DNA of 64,000 bases, taken from an uncultured Clostridia bacterium (GTDB taxonomy: Bacteria > Bacillota > Clostridia > Christensenellales > UBA1242). Positions 1 through 9,014 of this stretch are shown here, piece by piece (within the stretch, counting starts at the first letter, position 1; each line of letters begins with the position of its first letter). The DNA lies in the NCBI GenBank assembly GCA_944384465.1, contig CALWTK010000003.1, forward strand, positions 34,383 through 98,382, written 5' to 3'. The notes below the pieces were generated by a model. That model was not told the DNA's origin. It did no database searches and saw only the letters and a list, made by a program, of their open reading frames with translations. Position numbers and translations under genes: made by a program.

Positions 1-321
1 GATTGCTTCACAATCATTTGCCTTAAACATTTCCAACGCTTCCGCGACATTCTTAGTGGTAGGGTTGGCTACAGTGCCAGCATATACCGCCAATTTTATG
101 TCACTAGATTTGATTTGATTTTCTAGTGTCTCTGTTAGCCCAATCCCCCTTATTCCTTTATCAGTAACTAACAAAACACTTTTTATTTGTTTTTCTTGCA
201 ACAATGCGATCAATTCATCATTGTCTTTTAATAATTTTGGCTCCCTATACGGAAGGATAGGTATCGCTATTCTAAAAATCACTTGAAATGTCCTGCAATA
301 TAATTTTTTAAATATATTCAT
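1..321 (-). CDS. iron-containing (group III) alcohol dehydrogenase, N-terminal 107 codons; the rest lies beyond the window edge
   Basis: Own translation from ATG 321..319: MNIFKKLYCRTFQVIFRIAIPILPYREP...LLVTDKGI...VANPTTKNVAEALEMFKANDCEAI, typical of the Fe-ADH N-terminus. AAGGAG lies 8 nt upstream of the ATG. Absent from the ORF track because it is cut by the window edge. Confidence 0.7.
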   Translation of the reverse strand, partial: MNIFKKLYCRTFQVIFRIAIPILPYREPKLLKDNDELIALLQEKQIKSVLLVTDKGIRGIGLTETLENQIKSSDIKLAVYAGTVANPTTKNVAEALEMFKANDCEAI

Positions 322-491
322 CTAATTTTCTCCTTACAAAAATAGACAAGTGTCTAAACTTTATTTCGAATTTTATACCTATCCAATTCACAAGTCAAAC
401 AAAAATTCCAAAATTTATAAATTACAATTAAAAAAAAATTAAAGTTAGACACAACTCAAAATTTTGTTGAAAATGTCATTTATTGAAAAAC

Positions 492-518
492 AAAAAAAAA
501 GCGCAGTCAAAACTGCAC
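492..518 (-). terminator. intrinsic terminator of thrS
   Basis: Minus strand: GTGCAGT-TTTG-ACTGCGC hairpin (518->501) followed by a T9 run (500->492). It begins 2 nt after the thrS stop codon. Confidence 0.7.
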
Positions 519-519
519 T

Positions 520-2268
520 TTAATTTAACGCTTTGTTTGCAATGCTATCTAGTAGCATTTTTTCAAATTGTTCGTACGGCATTGTCTCAGTATCTTTGCT
601 ACTACGTTTGCGAACTGCGACCGTATTTTCTGTACGCTCCTTGTCCCCTAAGACTAAAATAAATGGAGATTTAGATAGAACGGCAGAACGAATCTTTTTA
701 CCTACTGACTCGTTTGAAAAATCTGTCTCAACTCTAACCTTTAATGATTTTAATTTGTTTTCAACATCTTGAGCGTAAGCAATGATATTTTCATTGACTG
801 TGATGATTTGCACTTGCACTGGACTTAACCATGTAGGCAACAGTCCTTTCGTCTCCTCCAAAATAAAGGCAACGAATCTATCCAATGAACCCAAAATTGC
901 CCTATGGATGACCACTGGACGCTGTCTATCATTATTTTCATCAATATATTCTAGTTCAAATCTCTCTGGCAGTTGATAGTCGAGTTGAACTGTGGACAAT
1001 GTTATGTCATGCCCAATGGCAGATTTGACTTGTACGTCAATTTTAGGTCCATAGAACGCTGCTTCGCCGACCGCTTCATAGTAGTCTGCTCCACTGTTTT
1101 TCAATATCTCGCGCAAAGCGGCTTCGCTCTTTTCCCAAAGGTCATCGTTGCCGAAATATTTGTCCGTGTTTTGTTTGTCTCTTAAGGACAATCTAAGTTT
1201 ATAGTTTTTAAAACCAAAATCTTTGTAGACATCTAAAATCAATTTGATAACGCCTTCGATTTCGTCTTTTATTTGATCTGGACGGCAGAAAATATGTGAA
1301 TCGTTTTGCGTAAAGGCACGTGTACGCTCTATCCCGCAAAGTGAACCGCTCGCCTCGAACCTAAAGTCGTTAGCAATCTCGGCAAGTCTTAATGGTAAAT
1401 CTCTATATGAATGCATAAAATTTTTGTAGATGACCATATGATGCGGACAATTCATAGGACGCAATACATACCCTTCGTCATCCACTTCCATTGCTGGGAA
1501 CATGTCCTCTTTGTAGTGCTCCCAGTGCCCAGACGTCTTGTACAAATTGATGTTGCCAAGAGATGGAGTCATGACATGCTGATAGCCCAACGCTAACTCT
1601 TTGTCTATGATATAATCACTAAGTTCTCTACGCAAAATGTAGCCTTTAGGTAGCCACATAGGTAGACCTTTTCCTACCAAATCGTTGAACATAAATACAC
1701 CCATCTCTTTACCAATCTTTCTGTGATCACGTTGTTTTGCTTCCTCTTCTAGTCTAATGCATTCTTTTAGGTCATCTTTATTAAGGAAGCCATACACATA
1801 TATCCTTGTGAGCATCTTGTTCTTCTCACTGCCACGCCAATACGCCCCGTTTACCCTATTGATCTTGAACGAAAAACCGCGCAAAAACTTCGTGTTCTCT
1901 ACATGCGGACCACGGCAAAGGTCATAGAAATCTTCACCAGTATAATACACTGTAATCTTTTCATCTAACGGCAATTCGTTTATCAGCTCTGTCTTGTATG
2001 GCTCATCAATGAACATCTCAAGTGCTTCTGTCTTAGTGACTTCCTTGCGAACGAAATCTTCATTGTTGGCAATGATGTCTCGCATCTTTGCTTCAATCTT
2101 TTCAAAATCTGCCTGAGTGATGCTCAAATTGTCAAAATCATAGTAAAAACCATTGTCTATAGCAGGACCAATTGCTAATTTCACTCCAGGATACAACTGT
2201 TTGATAGCCTTTGCCATGACATGACTCATGCTATGTCTATACATCTCTTGTTTTTGCTCATCGTTCAT
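520..2268 (-). CDS. thrS: threonine--tRNA ligase (short form, no N-terminal TGS domain)
   Basis: 582-aa ORF. It starts directly in the editing domain (YRHSMSHVMAKAI) and continues through the class II catalytic core and an anticodon-binding C-terminus. RBS TAGGAGG at 2272-2280. Preceded by a Thr-codon T-box. Confidence 0.95.
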   Translation of the reverse strand: MNDEQKQEMYRHSMSHVMAKAIKQLYPGVKLAIGPAIDNGFYYDFDNLSITQADFEKIEAKMRDIIANNEDFVRKEVTKTEALEMFIDEPYKTELINELPLDEKITVYYTGEDFYDLCRGPHVENTKFLRGFSFKINRVNGAYWRGSEKNKMLTRIYVYGFLNKDDLKECIRLEEEAKQRDHRKIGKEMGVFMFNDLVGKGLPMWLPKGYILRRELSDYIIDKELALGYQHVMTPSLGNINLYKTSGHWEHYKEDMFPAMEVDDEGYVLRPMNCPHHMVIYKNFMHSYRDLPLRLAEIANDFRFEASGSLCGIERTRAFTQNDSHIFCRPDQIKDEIEGVIKLILDVYKDFGFKNYKLRLSLRDKQNTDKYFGNDDLWEKSEAALREILKNSGADYYEAVGEAAFYGPKIDVQVKSAIGHDITLSTVQLDYQLPERFELEYIDENNDRQRPVVIHRAILGSLDRFVAFILEETKGLLPTWLSPVQVQIITVNENIIAYAQDVENKLKSLKVRVETDFSNESVGKKIRSAVLSKSPFILVLGDKERTENTVAVRKRSSKDTETMPYEQFEKMLLDSIANKALN

Positions 2269-2282
2269 AAAAACCTCCTAAA

Positions 2283-2495
2283 AATAAAAAAACCATGCGC
2301 TAGCATGGGACGATAATTTACCGCGGTTCCACCCAAATTGGTGCCAAAGCACCCACTTGTTTTTGCAAGAATTCACTTGCGTTTGACCTAATTAGTGGTT
2401 TCGTCTAATAGTGTTTTGCGCCAATCTCAGCCGGCAGGCACTCTCTGTAAAAATTGACTACTATCCTACTTGTCTAATCAATAGTCTATTTAGTT
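2283..2495 (-). promoter_or_regulatory. T-box leader (tRNA-Thr sensing) controlling thrS
   Basis: Minus strand carries the T-box sequence AATTTGGGTGGAACCGCGG. It is followed by the terminator CCCATGC-TAGC-GCATGG + T7 (2309->2285). Upstream are AGAGAG and GCTGAGA stem I motifs. The putative specifier is GAA-ACC-A (ACC = plus-strand ggt at 2397-2399), a Thr codon. Confidence 0.85.
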
Positions 2496-2501
2496 TGTTT
2501 T

Positions 2502-2530
2502 ATATTATCACAATTGCCACGTATTGTCAA
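2502..2530 (-). promoter_or_regulatory. sigma-A type promoter for the T-box/thrS transcript
   Basis: Minus strand: TTGACA (2530->2525), a 17-nt spacer, then TAATAT (2507->2502). Confidence 0.6.
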
Positions 2531-2589
2531 ATCATTAGCAAAAATTTTTATAACTTATTAAATGTTTTCTATAATCCTAATCTTGAAAT

Positions 2590-3342
2590 TCAATTTTTTA
2601 AATAAATCTTTAGTCTGTTGGCGAACACATTACTTAAAAAACTGACCGCTTCATAAGATTTGTCTTCACTGATGTAAATGTCAATATAACTCGGACAAGA
2701 ATTGAGAATATTTGAAATCAAATCCAGCGAAGACTGACATTCCGCCACTTTTTTTATCTTAGCGTTCTTGTTTTTCATGTTGTATATGCTAAAATTTTCT
2801 CCTTTGCATATCACTTTGACTTTGTACACCAGATTGTCCATTGTGTTTATCAAAAAGCGTATTAAATCTAGAAAGGTGCCCGAATTGAAGAGAACTAAAT
2901 TGTCGCTACTGAGTTCCGCCAAATTATTCCAATGTTGTTTCAAAGGAGATAGGCGAAATTCTAAAAAACTATCTATAAAAAACGTTTGATTAAAAAGGAT
3001 TATTTTAGAGAGAGCTGACACGTCCGTAGTCTTGTCAAACAGGGACAGCACTTTCACATACGCATTGAAAGCAAGCGTGTTACATAACGGATTTTTTATC
3101 CTTTTCTTTAAATAGTTTAATTTATATACAGATTCAATATAATCTATGATTATGTCTCTTAATATCGCCTCGCATGGCTCTATGAAAGTATCCTCGCAAG
3201 CGAACAAAAGATAACAAAAATTATTATCGCTATAACATGTTGTGATAGTTTTGCAAAAATCTATCTTTGACTTTATATTAGCGTGCAAAAATTCTATTAT
3301 CTCTTTATTTCCCACTTTTGCAGCGAGAGCGATTTCTCTCAT
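2590..3342 (-). CDS. YtxC-like putative sporulation protein
   Basis: 250-aa ORF immediately upstream of, and co-oriented with, thrS. This is the conserved ytxC position in Bacilli and Clostridia, and the size is similar. No catalytic motif was recognised, so the call is largely positional. Confidence 0.45.
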   Translation of the reverse strand: MREIALAAKVGNKEIIEFLHANIKSKIDFCKTITTCYSDNNFCYLLFACEDTFIEPCEAILRDIIIDYIESVYKLNYLKKRIKNPLCNTLAFNAYVKVLSLFDKTTDVSALSKIILFNQTFFIDSFLEFRLSPLKQHWNNLAELSSDNLVLFNSGTFLDLIRFLINTMDNLVYKVKVICKGENFSIYNMKNKNAKIKKVAECQSSLDLISNILNSCPSYIDIYISEDKSYEAVSFLSNVFANRLKIYLKN

Positions 3343-3491
3343 AAATACCTCTATTGTATTCTATGCAGAAAGTATGTTTTTACTCTTAAAAAAAATAGCA
3401 TATTTTGGTAGTTGAATTTCCTATAACACACAAAAACAAGCACTCATTCATAAAGTGTATAAAACTATCATATTAAAAAGGAATTTCAAAT

Positions 3492-3617
3492 ATGTATTAC
3501 TTTTATTATAGAACCGGGAATTGTGATTGTGTTAGGATAAGCAATCTATCTATACCTCTGTCTGCACGAACCTGCTGCCAAAATATCTGTACATGCAACA
3601 TATTTTGCTTTTTTTAA
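3492..3617 (+). CDS. candidate 41-aa cysteine-rich micro-protein
   Basis: Own translation: MYYFYYRTGNCDCVRISNLSIPLSARTCCQNICTCNIFCFF (7 Cys). AAGGA lies about 10 nt upstream of the ATG, and a GC hairpin follows at 3647-3662. Too short for the ORF track. Confidence 0.25.
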   Translation: MYYFYYRTGNCDCVRISNLSIPLSARTCCQNICTCNIFCFF

Positions 3618-3646
3618 TCAAAAGAAAAAGCCTATCAAAATGAAAT

Positions 3647-3662
3647 GAACCCCGCAGGGTTC
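3647..3662 (-). terminator. GC hairpin, probable terminator of the 3693..4328 gene (possibly bidirectional)
   Basis: GAACCC-CGCA-GGGTTC perfect 6-bp stem. The minus-strand downstream flank is ATTTCATTTT; a T8 run lies further downstream on the plus side. Confidence 0.45.
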
Positions 3663-3692
3663 ACTTCACAATAGGTTTTTTTTATTTTTATA

Positions 3693-4328
3693 TTATTCTA
3701 CTATGGTTTCATTAGATGTTTGTTCTTCTGATGACTCAGGAGCAGTTTTCTTACCTTTTACAAAGAACACTACAGACAAACTAGCGAACACGATCAACGC
3801 TACTTCCAACACACCCCATAATACTGTGAATATGATTGCATCTTCACATAGCATATAGTCACCTTCTTCACCTGTTCTAAAAGCGTTTATGGACACAGTG
3901 TAATCACTATTCCACATACTGTCCCATTCTTCAGTATCTTTAAGCGCTTCGATTTCTTCAACTTGAGTATTATATTCATCTTCTGTCATACAATCTGCAG
4001 TAACTTGCCCAGCGGCGCTTTTCATGCCTACAGTCGTGAATTTATTACCATTTCTATAAATCCACATCTCCATCTCAATTTCTAGTCCGTCAGTTTTGAT
4101 GAGCATTTTTACGGATTTGTCATCATCAAATCTCATTCTAGCGGTCATTTCAGTGCCTTCTTCAATGCCGTAAATCGCAGCATCTTCTGCAGTTGCAGTG
4201 TATCTTTCAACATAAGTCATACCATAACTAATAGGACGCGCAAGCATAGGTATGTACACAAGCAAGCCAATCACTGCTAATGCCACGAAAACGATCATAA
4301 CTGGCATTTTCTTCAAAAAATTTTTCAT
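3693..4328 (-). CDS. bitopic membrane protein of unknown function
   Basis: I start it at MKNFLKKMPVMIVFVALAV (ATG 4328..4326) because AAGGGAGGTT lies just upstream (4331-4340). It has hydrophobic helices at both the N and C termini and an acidic soluble middle. The track's longer start (4403) lacks an RBS. Confidence 0.6.
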   Translation of the reverse strand: MKNFLKKMPVMIVFVALAVIGLLVYIPMLARPISYGMTYVERYTATAEDAAIYGIEEGTEMTARMRFDDDKSVKMLIKTDGLEIEMEMWIYRNGNKFTTVGMKSAAGQVTADCMTEDEYNTQVEEIEALKDTEEWDSMWNSDYTVSINAFRTGEEGDYMLCEDAIIFTVLWGVLEVALIVFASLSVVFFVKGKKTAPESSEEQTSNETIVE

Positions 4329-4592
4329 AAAACCTCCCTTCTTTAATATAATTATTATTACAAAATAATAATAATTAGTCAACAAAATTAAACAAAATTC
4401 CAAAAATTAATATAAAATTTTATTTAATTTTAAAAAATAAATATTTCTAACATAGATAAAATTAGCCAAAAATGGATTTGATTAATACAATATAGTTTTA
4501 TAAAACAGAAAATATTATAATTTTTTATAAAATTTGTAAAAAACAAATAATAAATTAATATATAGATATATAAATAAACAAAAAAGGTCATG

Positions 4593-5180
4593 CTAATATA
4601 GCATAAACCTTTCAATCGAATTAATCACATCGTCAACATCTTTGTTGATTTCTTTAGGGGATTTTTCTATTTCTGATTGACTTTGTTCGATGACCAAATC
4701 TCTATTAAAGATTTTTTTCTTTTCATCGGAAATTTTTTGCGCAACAATTTTAAGCACTTCTATAGCATAATTTTTATAATCTATTGGTGTCGCAAATGCT
4801 TTCTTCACATAACGCCCTCTCTCTATGTCGTATCTTGACAATTCCTTATCATAGTTTTTAGCGCCATATGCCAAAATCGAACGAATGACATTGGCACAAT
4901 CTAAAACGAAATCCCTGTCACGAAAAACATCATCATCAAAGGTTAAAAACATGGAAATTTTGTCATCTCTAGAAAAAAATCTCCTTCTCGCTTCATTGCT
5001 TAAGATAGAATAGTCATTGTTTTGAGACAGGGGAGTAACTATTATAATATCTTCATCGTCCAAGACAATGAAGTCTCCCATTTTGTCAATATAGACCTGT
5101 ATCCCTTCAGATTCATTTGTCTCTAATTTTTCACAATTTTTTTTAACGTTTTTTAAATAAGTTCGCTCTAAAAGATTCAT
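4593..5180 (-). CDS. hypothetical cytoplasmic protein
   Basis: 195-aa ORF with no recognisable motif. RBS-like GGAGATAAAT precedes the ATG. Confidence 0.55.
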   Translation of the reverse strand: MNLLERTYLKNVKKNCEKLETNESEGIQVYIDKMGDFIVLDDEDIIIVTPLSQNNDYSILSNEARRRFFSRDDKISMFLTFDDDVFRDRDFVLDCANVIRSILAYGAKNYDKELSRYDIERGRYVKKAFATPIDYKNYAIEVLKIVAQKISDEKKKIFNRDLVIEQSQSEIEKSPKEINKDVDDVINSIERFMLY

Positions 5181-5233
5181 ATTTATCTCCTATATATTAC
5201 ATGCATCTATTTTGAAAATATTTAATGTAAAAT

Positions 5234-5264
5234 GAAAAAATGCTGTCGCACAATGCGAAAGCAT
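5234..5264 (-). terminator. intrinsic terminator after the 86-aa membrane-protein gene
   Basis: Minus strand: ATGCTTTCGCA-TTG-TGCGACAGCAT (one mismatch) followed by TTTTTT. Confidence 0.6.
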
Positions 5265-5342
5265 CAATTCTCAACCAAAATACTATCTCGACACTCGAAA
5301 TAAGACTTGTTATAATTGATCCCAATAATGTACCCTAACATA

Positions 5343-5603
5343 TTAACCTGCCGTATAGAAAGTCTCTTCTATAGGTAAAGCAATAATTATCATACCTACC
5401 AAAATCAAGCAAATACCAGTGATCATCAAACCTAGATAAAGTTTATCATTTTTGCTGATCTCATCCTGCTTCCTTTTCGCCATAGTGATACGTTTAGCCA
5501 TCATCATGATAGTTGCCCCAATGATAGCGAAGATCACGCCTGTGATGACCGTATATCTAAGTAAAAATTCTAATGGACTTTCAAACGATAAAAACATTCC
5601 CAT
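5343..5603 (-). CDS. small membrane protein (two predicted TM helices)
   Basis: 86-aa ORF with two hydrophobic stretches separated by KRITMAKRKQDE. Confidence 0.5.
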   Translation of the reverse strand: MGMFLSFESPLEFLLRYTVITGVIFAIIGATIMMMAKRITMAKRKQDEISKNDKLYLGLMITGICLILVGMIIIALPIEETFYTAG

Positions 5604-5656
5604 AACCTACTCCTGCCTATATAATATCATGTTGTGTCTTATTTGTCAATAGTGAA

Positions 5657-6196
5657 TTATTTTTTACGTCTAAAAATATTTCCAAGTTTTGTGTATTTGA
5701 AGGCATAATAAATCTTATATATGATAGACACTGCGCACGTCATAATCAACGCAAATAAACCAATATCCGTAATCAATGAATAATATGTTAAGAATGTAAA
5801 CGCGATGAGCGTCAAACATTCAAACAAAATATAGCAATAATCTACGGCATCAACATATTCAGGCAAATTTTTCTTGAAATATAGGATGCTAAAAATATTC
5901 ATAATAACAATAAGCACGAGAGTTACAACGCCCAATGCTACGTTTATCAAGTCAATCACCATAAAAAATATCAGCAAAGTAGCAAAAACTACAATGCTCC
6001 CTACCGCATCTATAATGACATGTGAAAAATTGATTTTGTCCTTAAATAGTTCTAGCCAAATTTTTGCGAGTAAAATGCCCGCTATAAATAACCCCATAGA
6101 CCATTCAGGCAAGTACAAATAAGCGAATATCACCATAGGTAACAGAGCAATCTCAATTGCAAAAAGCACTTTATATAAAGCATCACTTCTAGTCAT
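5657..6196 (-). CDS. polytopic membrane protein of unknown function
   Basis: 179-aa ORF with 5-6 hydrophobic segments and a basic C-terminus (RRKK). RBS AGAGGTTTTTTATT precedes the ATG. Confidence 0.6.
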   Translation of the reverse strand: MTRSDALYKVLFAIEIALLPMVIFAYLYLPEWSMGLFIAGILLAKIWLELFKDKINFSHVIIDAVGSIVVFATLLIFFMVIDLINVALGVVTLVLIVIMNIFSILYFKKNLPEYVDAVDYCYILFECLTLIAFTFLTYYSLITDIGLFALIMTCAVSIIYKIYYAFKYTKLGNIFRRKK

Positions 6197-6347
6197 AATA
6201 AAAAACCTCTATTGTATTTTAGCAAAATCACAAAATTTTGCCAAGTATTTTTCAATACAAATTTCATTTTAACAAAAATTAAACAATTTCATACTATGAG
6301 ATATGGAAGAATTAAACCACTATAAACCTTCCAAATAAGGAGAATGA

Positions 6348-7355
6348 ATGAAAAAAATTTCAATTTTATTAGTACTTTTTGTTGGAGTATTTTCTCTCGT
6401 TCTAACCGGTTGTGGCAACAAAGACGACAACAAAATTAGAATCAGTGAGGTTACTCATTCTATCTTCTATGCCCCACTGTATGTAGCTATGAACAATGGC
6501 TATTTTGAAGACGAAGGCTTAGAGATAGAATTGACAAACGCTGGCGGTAGCGACACGGTCATGTCCTCTTTGATTTCCAACAGTGCAGACATCGGTCTGA
6601 TGGGACCAGAATCTGTAGTGTATGTTAGAAACAACGGTATGGCCAATGCCCCAATCATATTTGCTCAACTGACGGCGTGTGATGGCTCATTCTTGGTAGG
6701 CAGGACAGATGAAGGCGAGAATTTTAGCTGGGAAAATCTAAAAGGCTCTCACATCATTGGCGGAAGAAAAGGTGGCATGCCTGCTATGACTCTGCAATAC
6801 ATCCTTGAACAGCATGGCTTGCACCCTGGTGATGAATTAAGTGCGGATGTGGACACCATTTTGGACACATCTATCGCATTCAACTTGACAGCATCCTCTT
6901 TTGTCGCTGGGACTGGGGATTATTGCACAATGTTCGACCCTACCGCGAGTCAATGTGAAATTGATGGCACGGGCCATATTGTAGCAGCTCTTGGAGACGA
7001 AGTGAGCGACATCCCATATACAGTTTTCACTGCAACAAGTGAATATTTGAACAACAACGGGGAAAAATTGGATAAATTTATGCGTGCGTTGAAAAAGGGT
7101 TATGACTATTTGATGAGCGCTGATGACTCTCAAATCATATCTTCTCTAAAGCCATCATTTAGCACCACGTCTGACGAATTGATATTGGCATCAGTGAAAA
7201 ATTATATCAGGATCGGTGCTTACGCTTCAAGTTTCGTTTTGAAAGAATCGTCTTGGAACAACATGCTAGACATCATTGATAATGCAGGCGAACTGACAAA
7301 CCGCGTTGCTTGGAACGAAGCAGTGAACACAAGTTTCGCTACAAAAGTTATGTAA
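6348..7355 (+). CDS. ABC transporter substrate-binding lipoprotein, NMT1/THI5-like (nitrate/sulfonate/bicarbonate family)
   Basis: Signal peptide with lipobox LVLTGCG. The mature part resembles SsuA/ThiY-type binding proteins. RBS AAGGAGAA. Confidence 0.8.
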   Translation: MKKISILLVLFVGVFSLVLTGCGNKDDNKIRISEVTHSIFYAPLYVAMNNGYFEDEGLEIELTNAGGSDTVMSSLISNSADIGLMGPESVVYVRNNGMANAPIIFAQLTACDGSFLVGRTDEGENFSWENLKGSHIIGGRKGGMPAMTLQYILEQHGLHPGDELSADVDTILDTSIAFNLTASSFVAGTGDYCTMFDPTASQCEIDGTGHIVAALGDEVSDIPYTVFTATSEYLNNNGEKLDKFMRALKKGYDYLMSADDSQIISSLKPSFSTTSDELILASVKNYIRIGAYASSFVLKESSWNNMLDIIDNAGELTNRVAWNEAVNTSFATKVM

Positions 7356-7356
7356 A

Positions 7357-8133
7357 ATGAATGAACTTGTTGAGATAAAAAATCTGAATTTGATCTATCA
7401 AAGCATTGATTCTGAGACAACAGCATTGCAGGATATAAATCTGACAATATCAAATCAAGAATTCATCGCCATAGTCGGTCCATCTGGATGCGGAAAAACC
7501 ACTATATTATCTATAATTGCGGGGCTTCTCAAAGCAAGTTCAGGAAGCGTAATGGTAGCAAAAAAGACACCAAATCCAAAGGATAATTTATGTGGATATA
7601 TGTTTCAAAGAGATAATCTTTTGCCATGGAGAAATATTGAGAAAAACATTTATTTTGGCTTGGAAATCAAACATTTGAATACAAAAGAGAGAAAAGATTA
7701 TGCCCTCTTTCTCGCTGAAAAATATGGACTAAAAGATTTCTTGAAAAAACATCCCAGCGAGTTAAGTGGCGGTATGCGTCAGCGTGTCGCGTTGATTAGA
7801 ACCTTGGCGTTAAAGCCTGAACTTCTACTCCTAGATGAGCCGTTCAGTGCGTTGGATTATCAAACCCGCCTGGAGTTGTGTGACCACATCTTCGATATCA
7901 TAAAGAAAGAAAAAAAGACAGCAATTTTGGTGACTCACGACATTCAAGAAGCTATCAGCATGGCGGATAGAATTGTTGTCCTCACGTCAAGGCCAGGCAC
8001 AATAAAAGCAATCCATGAGACAAAATTTCCAACTACAATGACACCTTTTGAACGCAGGAAAACTGACAAGGCAAAAAAGTTGTTCGACATTATCTGGCAG
8101 GAAATACAAAATGAAAAACAAAAGAAAATTTAG
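7357..8133 (+). CDS. ABC transporter ATP-binding protein (SsuB/TauB-like)
   Basis: Walker A GPSGCGKTT, signature LSGGMRQR, Walker B LLLLDEP and H-loop VTHD. Confidence 0.9.
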   Translation: MNELVEIKNLNLIYQSIDSETTALQDINLTISNQEFIAIVGPSGCGKTTILSIIAGLLKASSGSVMVAKKTPNPKDNLCGYMFQRDNLLPWRNIEKNIYFGLEIKHLNTKERKDYALFLAEKYGLKDFLKKHPSELSGGMRQRVALIRTLALKPELLLLDEPFSALDYQTRLELCDHIFDIIKKEKKTAILVTHDIQEAISMADRIVVLTSRPGTIKAIHETKFPTTMTPFERRKTDKAKKLFDIIWQEIQNEKQKKI

Positions 8134-8923
8134 CAAGTCGCATTACGACTATTTAAAAAAATACCGAACAAAAAAAATACTAATACTTTTAACTCAAATC
8201 ATTATTTTGGTCGCTTTCCTACTTTTGTGGGAGCTGCTGACAAAATATGAAATCATAAGTTCTTTCTTCTTTTCAAGCCCTTCAAAAATAGCAGAGACTA
8301 TTGGAGAAATGTTTAGAAGTGGTGAACTTATCTATCACTCAAAGATAACCTTGTATGAAACTTTGATAGGCTTTGCTATTGCGACGGGGATTGGCTTTAT
8401 TGTAGCGTTCATATTATGGTATAGTGATTTCTTAAGGCGCGTACTTGAACCCTATCTAGTCGTGTTGAATTCGCTACCAAAAATCGCCCTTGGACCGATT
8501 ATCATTATCTGGTTCGGCGCAGGCAGTAAAGCTATAATATTTATGTGTATTCTGATTGTGATTATTGTTACAATTATGAATATTATGAACTCATTTGTAG
8601 GCTGTGATAAGCAATTGATTGCTCTATCTAAATCATTAGGTGCAAATAAATTTCAAATATTTTTCAAACTGATTTTACCAAACTCGCTAAAAGATATTGT
8701 AGCCACTCTAAAAATCAATGTAGGATTGAGTTGGATTGGCGCAATTATGGGTGAATATTTGGTAAGTAAAGCAGGTCTAGGCTATTTGTTAATATATGGC
8801 GGGCAAGTTTTCAATCTAAATCTCGTCATGACATCAACAGTAATCCTGTGCGTGTTAGCGTGCGTGATGTATTTTGCAGTAGCGCTGTTTGAAAAATTGA
8901 TGAACAAATATTATCACTCTTAA
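8111..8923 (+). CDS. ABC transporter permease (BPD/SsuC-like)
   Basis: Six or so TM segments, consistent with an SsuC/TauC-type permease. Start taken at ATG 8111 (MKNKRKF...), overlapping the ATPase gene end. The track's 8048 start lies deep inside the ATPase gene. Confidence 0.8.
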   Translation: MKNKRKFSKSHYDYLKKYRTKKILILLTQIIILVAFLLLWELLTKYEIISSFFFSSPSKIAETIGEMFRSGELIYHSKITLYETLIGFAIATGIGFIVAFILWYSDFLRRVLEPYLVVLNSLPKIALGPIIIIWFGAGSKAIIFMCILIVIIVTIMNIMNSFVGCDKQLIALSKSLGANKFQIFFKLILPNSLKDIVATLKINVGLSWIGAIMGEYLVSKAGLGYLLIYGGQVFNLNLVMTSTVILCVLACVMYFAVALFEKLMNKYYHS

Positions 8924-8950
8924 ACTGTGAAAATTCACATGAAAATATTT

Positions 8951-8975
8951 AGAGACCGAAAATTCGGTCTCTTTT
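8951..8975 (+). terminator. intrinsic terminator of the ABC operon
   Basis: AGAGACCGAA-AA-TTCGGTCTCT hairpin followed by TTT. Confidence 0.75.
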
Positions 8976-9014
8976 AACACTTTTAATACTAGTTTTTTAT
9001 AATTAAAATAATAT

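Noticed and set aside
2411-2605. 64-aa plus-strand ORF in the thrS upstream region.
   Set aside because: It lies antisense to the T-box leader and its promoter, has no RBS, and has the low-complexity composition typical of AT-rich noise.
6197-6347. Possible TPP (THI-box) riboswitch upstream of the NMT1/THI5-like binding protein.
   Set aside because: I could not find the conserved CTGAGA or ACCTGATCTGGATAATGCCAGCG-type elements, nor any convincing structure. The region is plain AT-rich promoter DNA.
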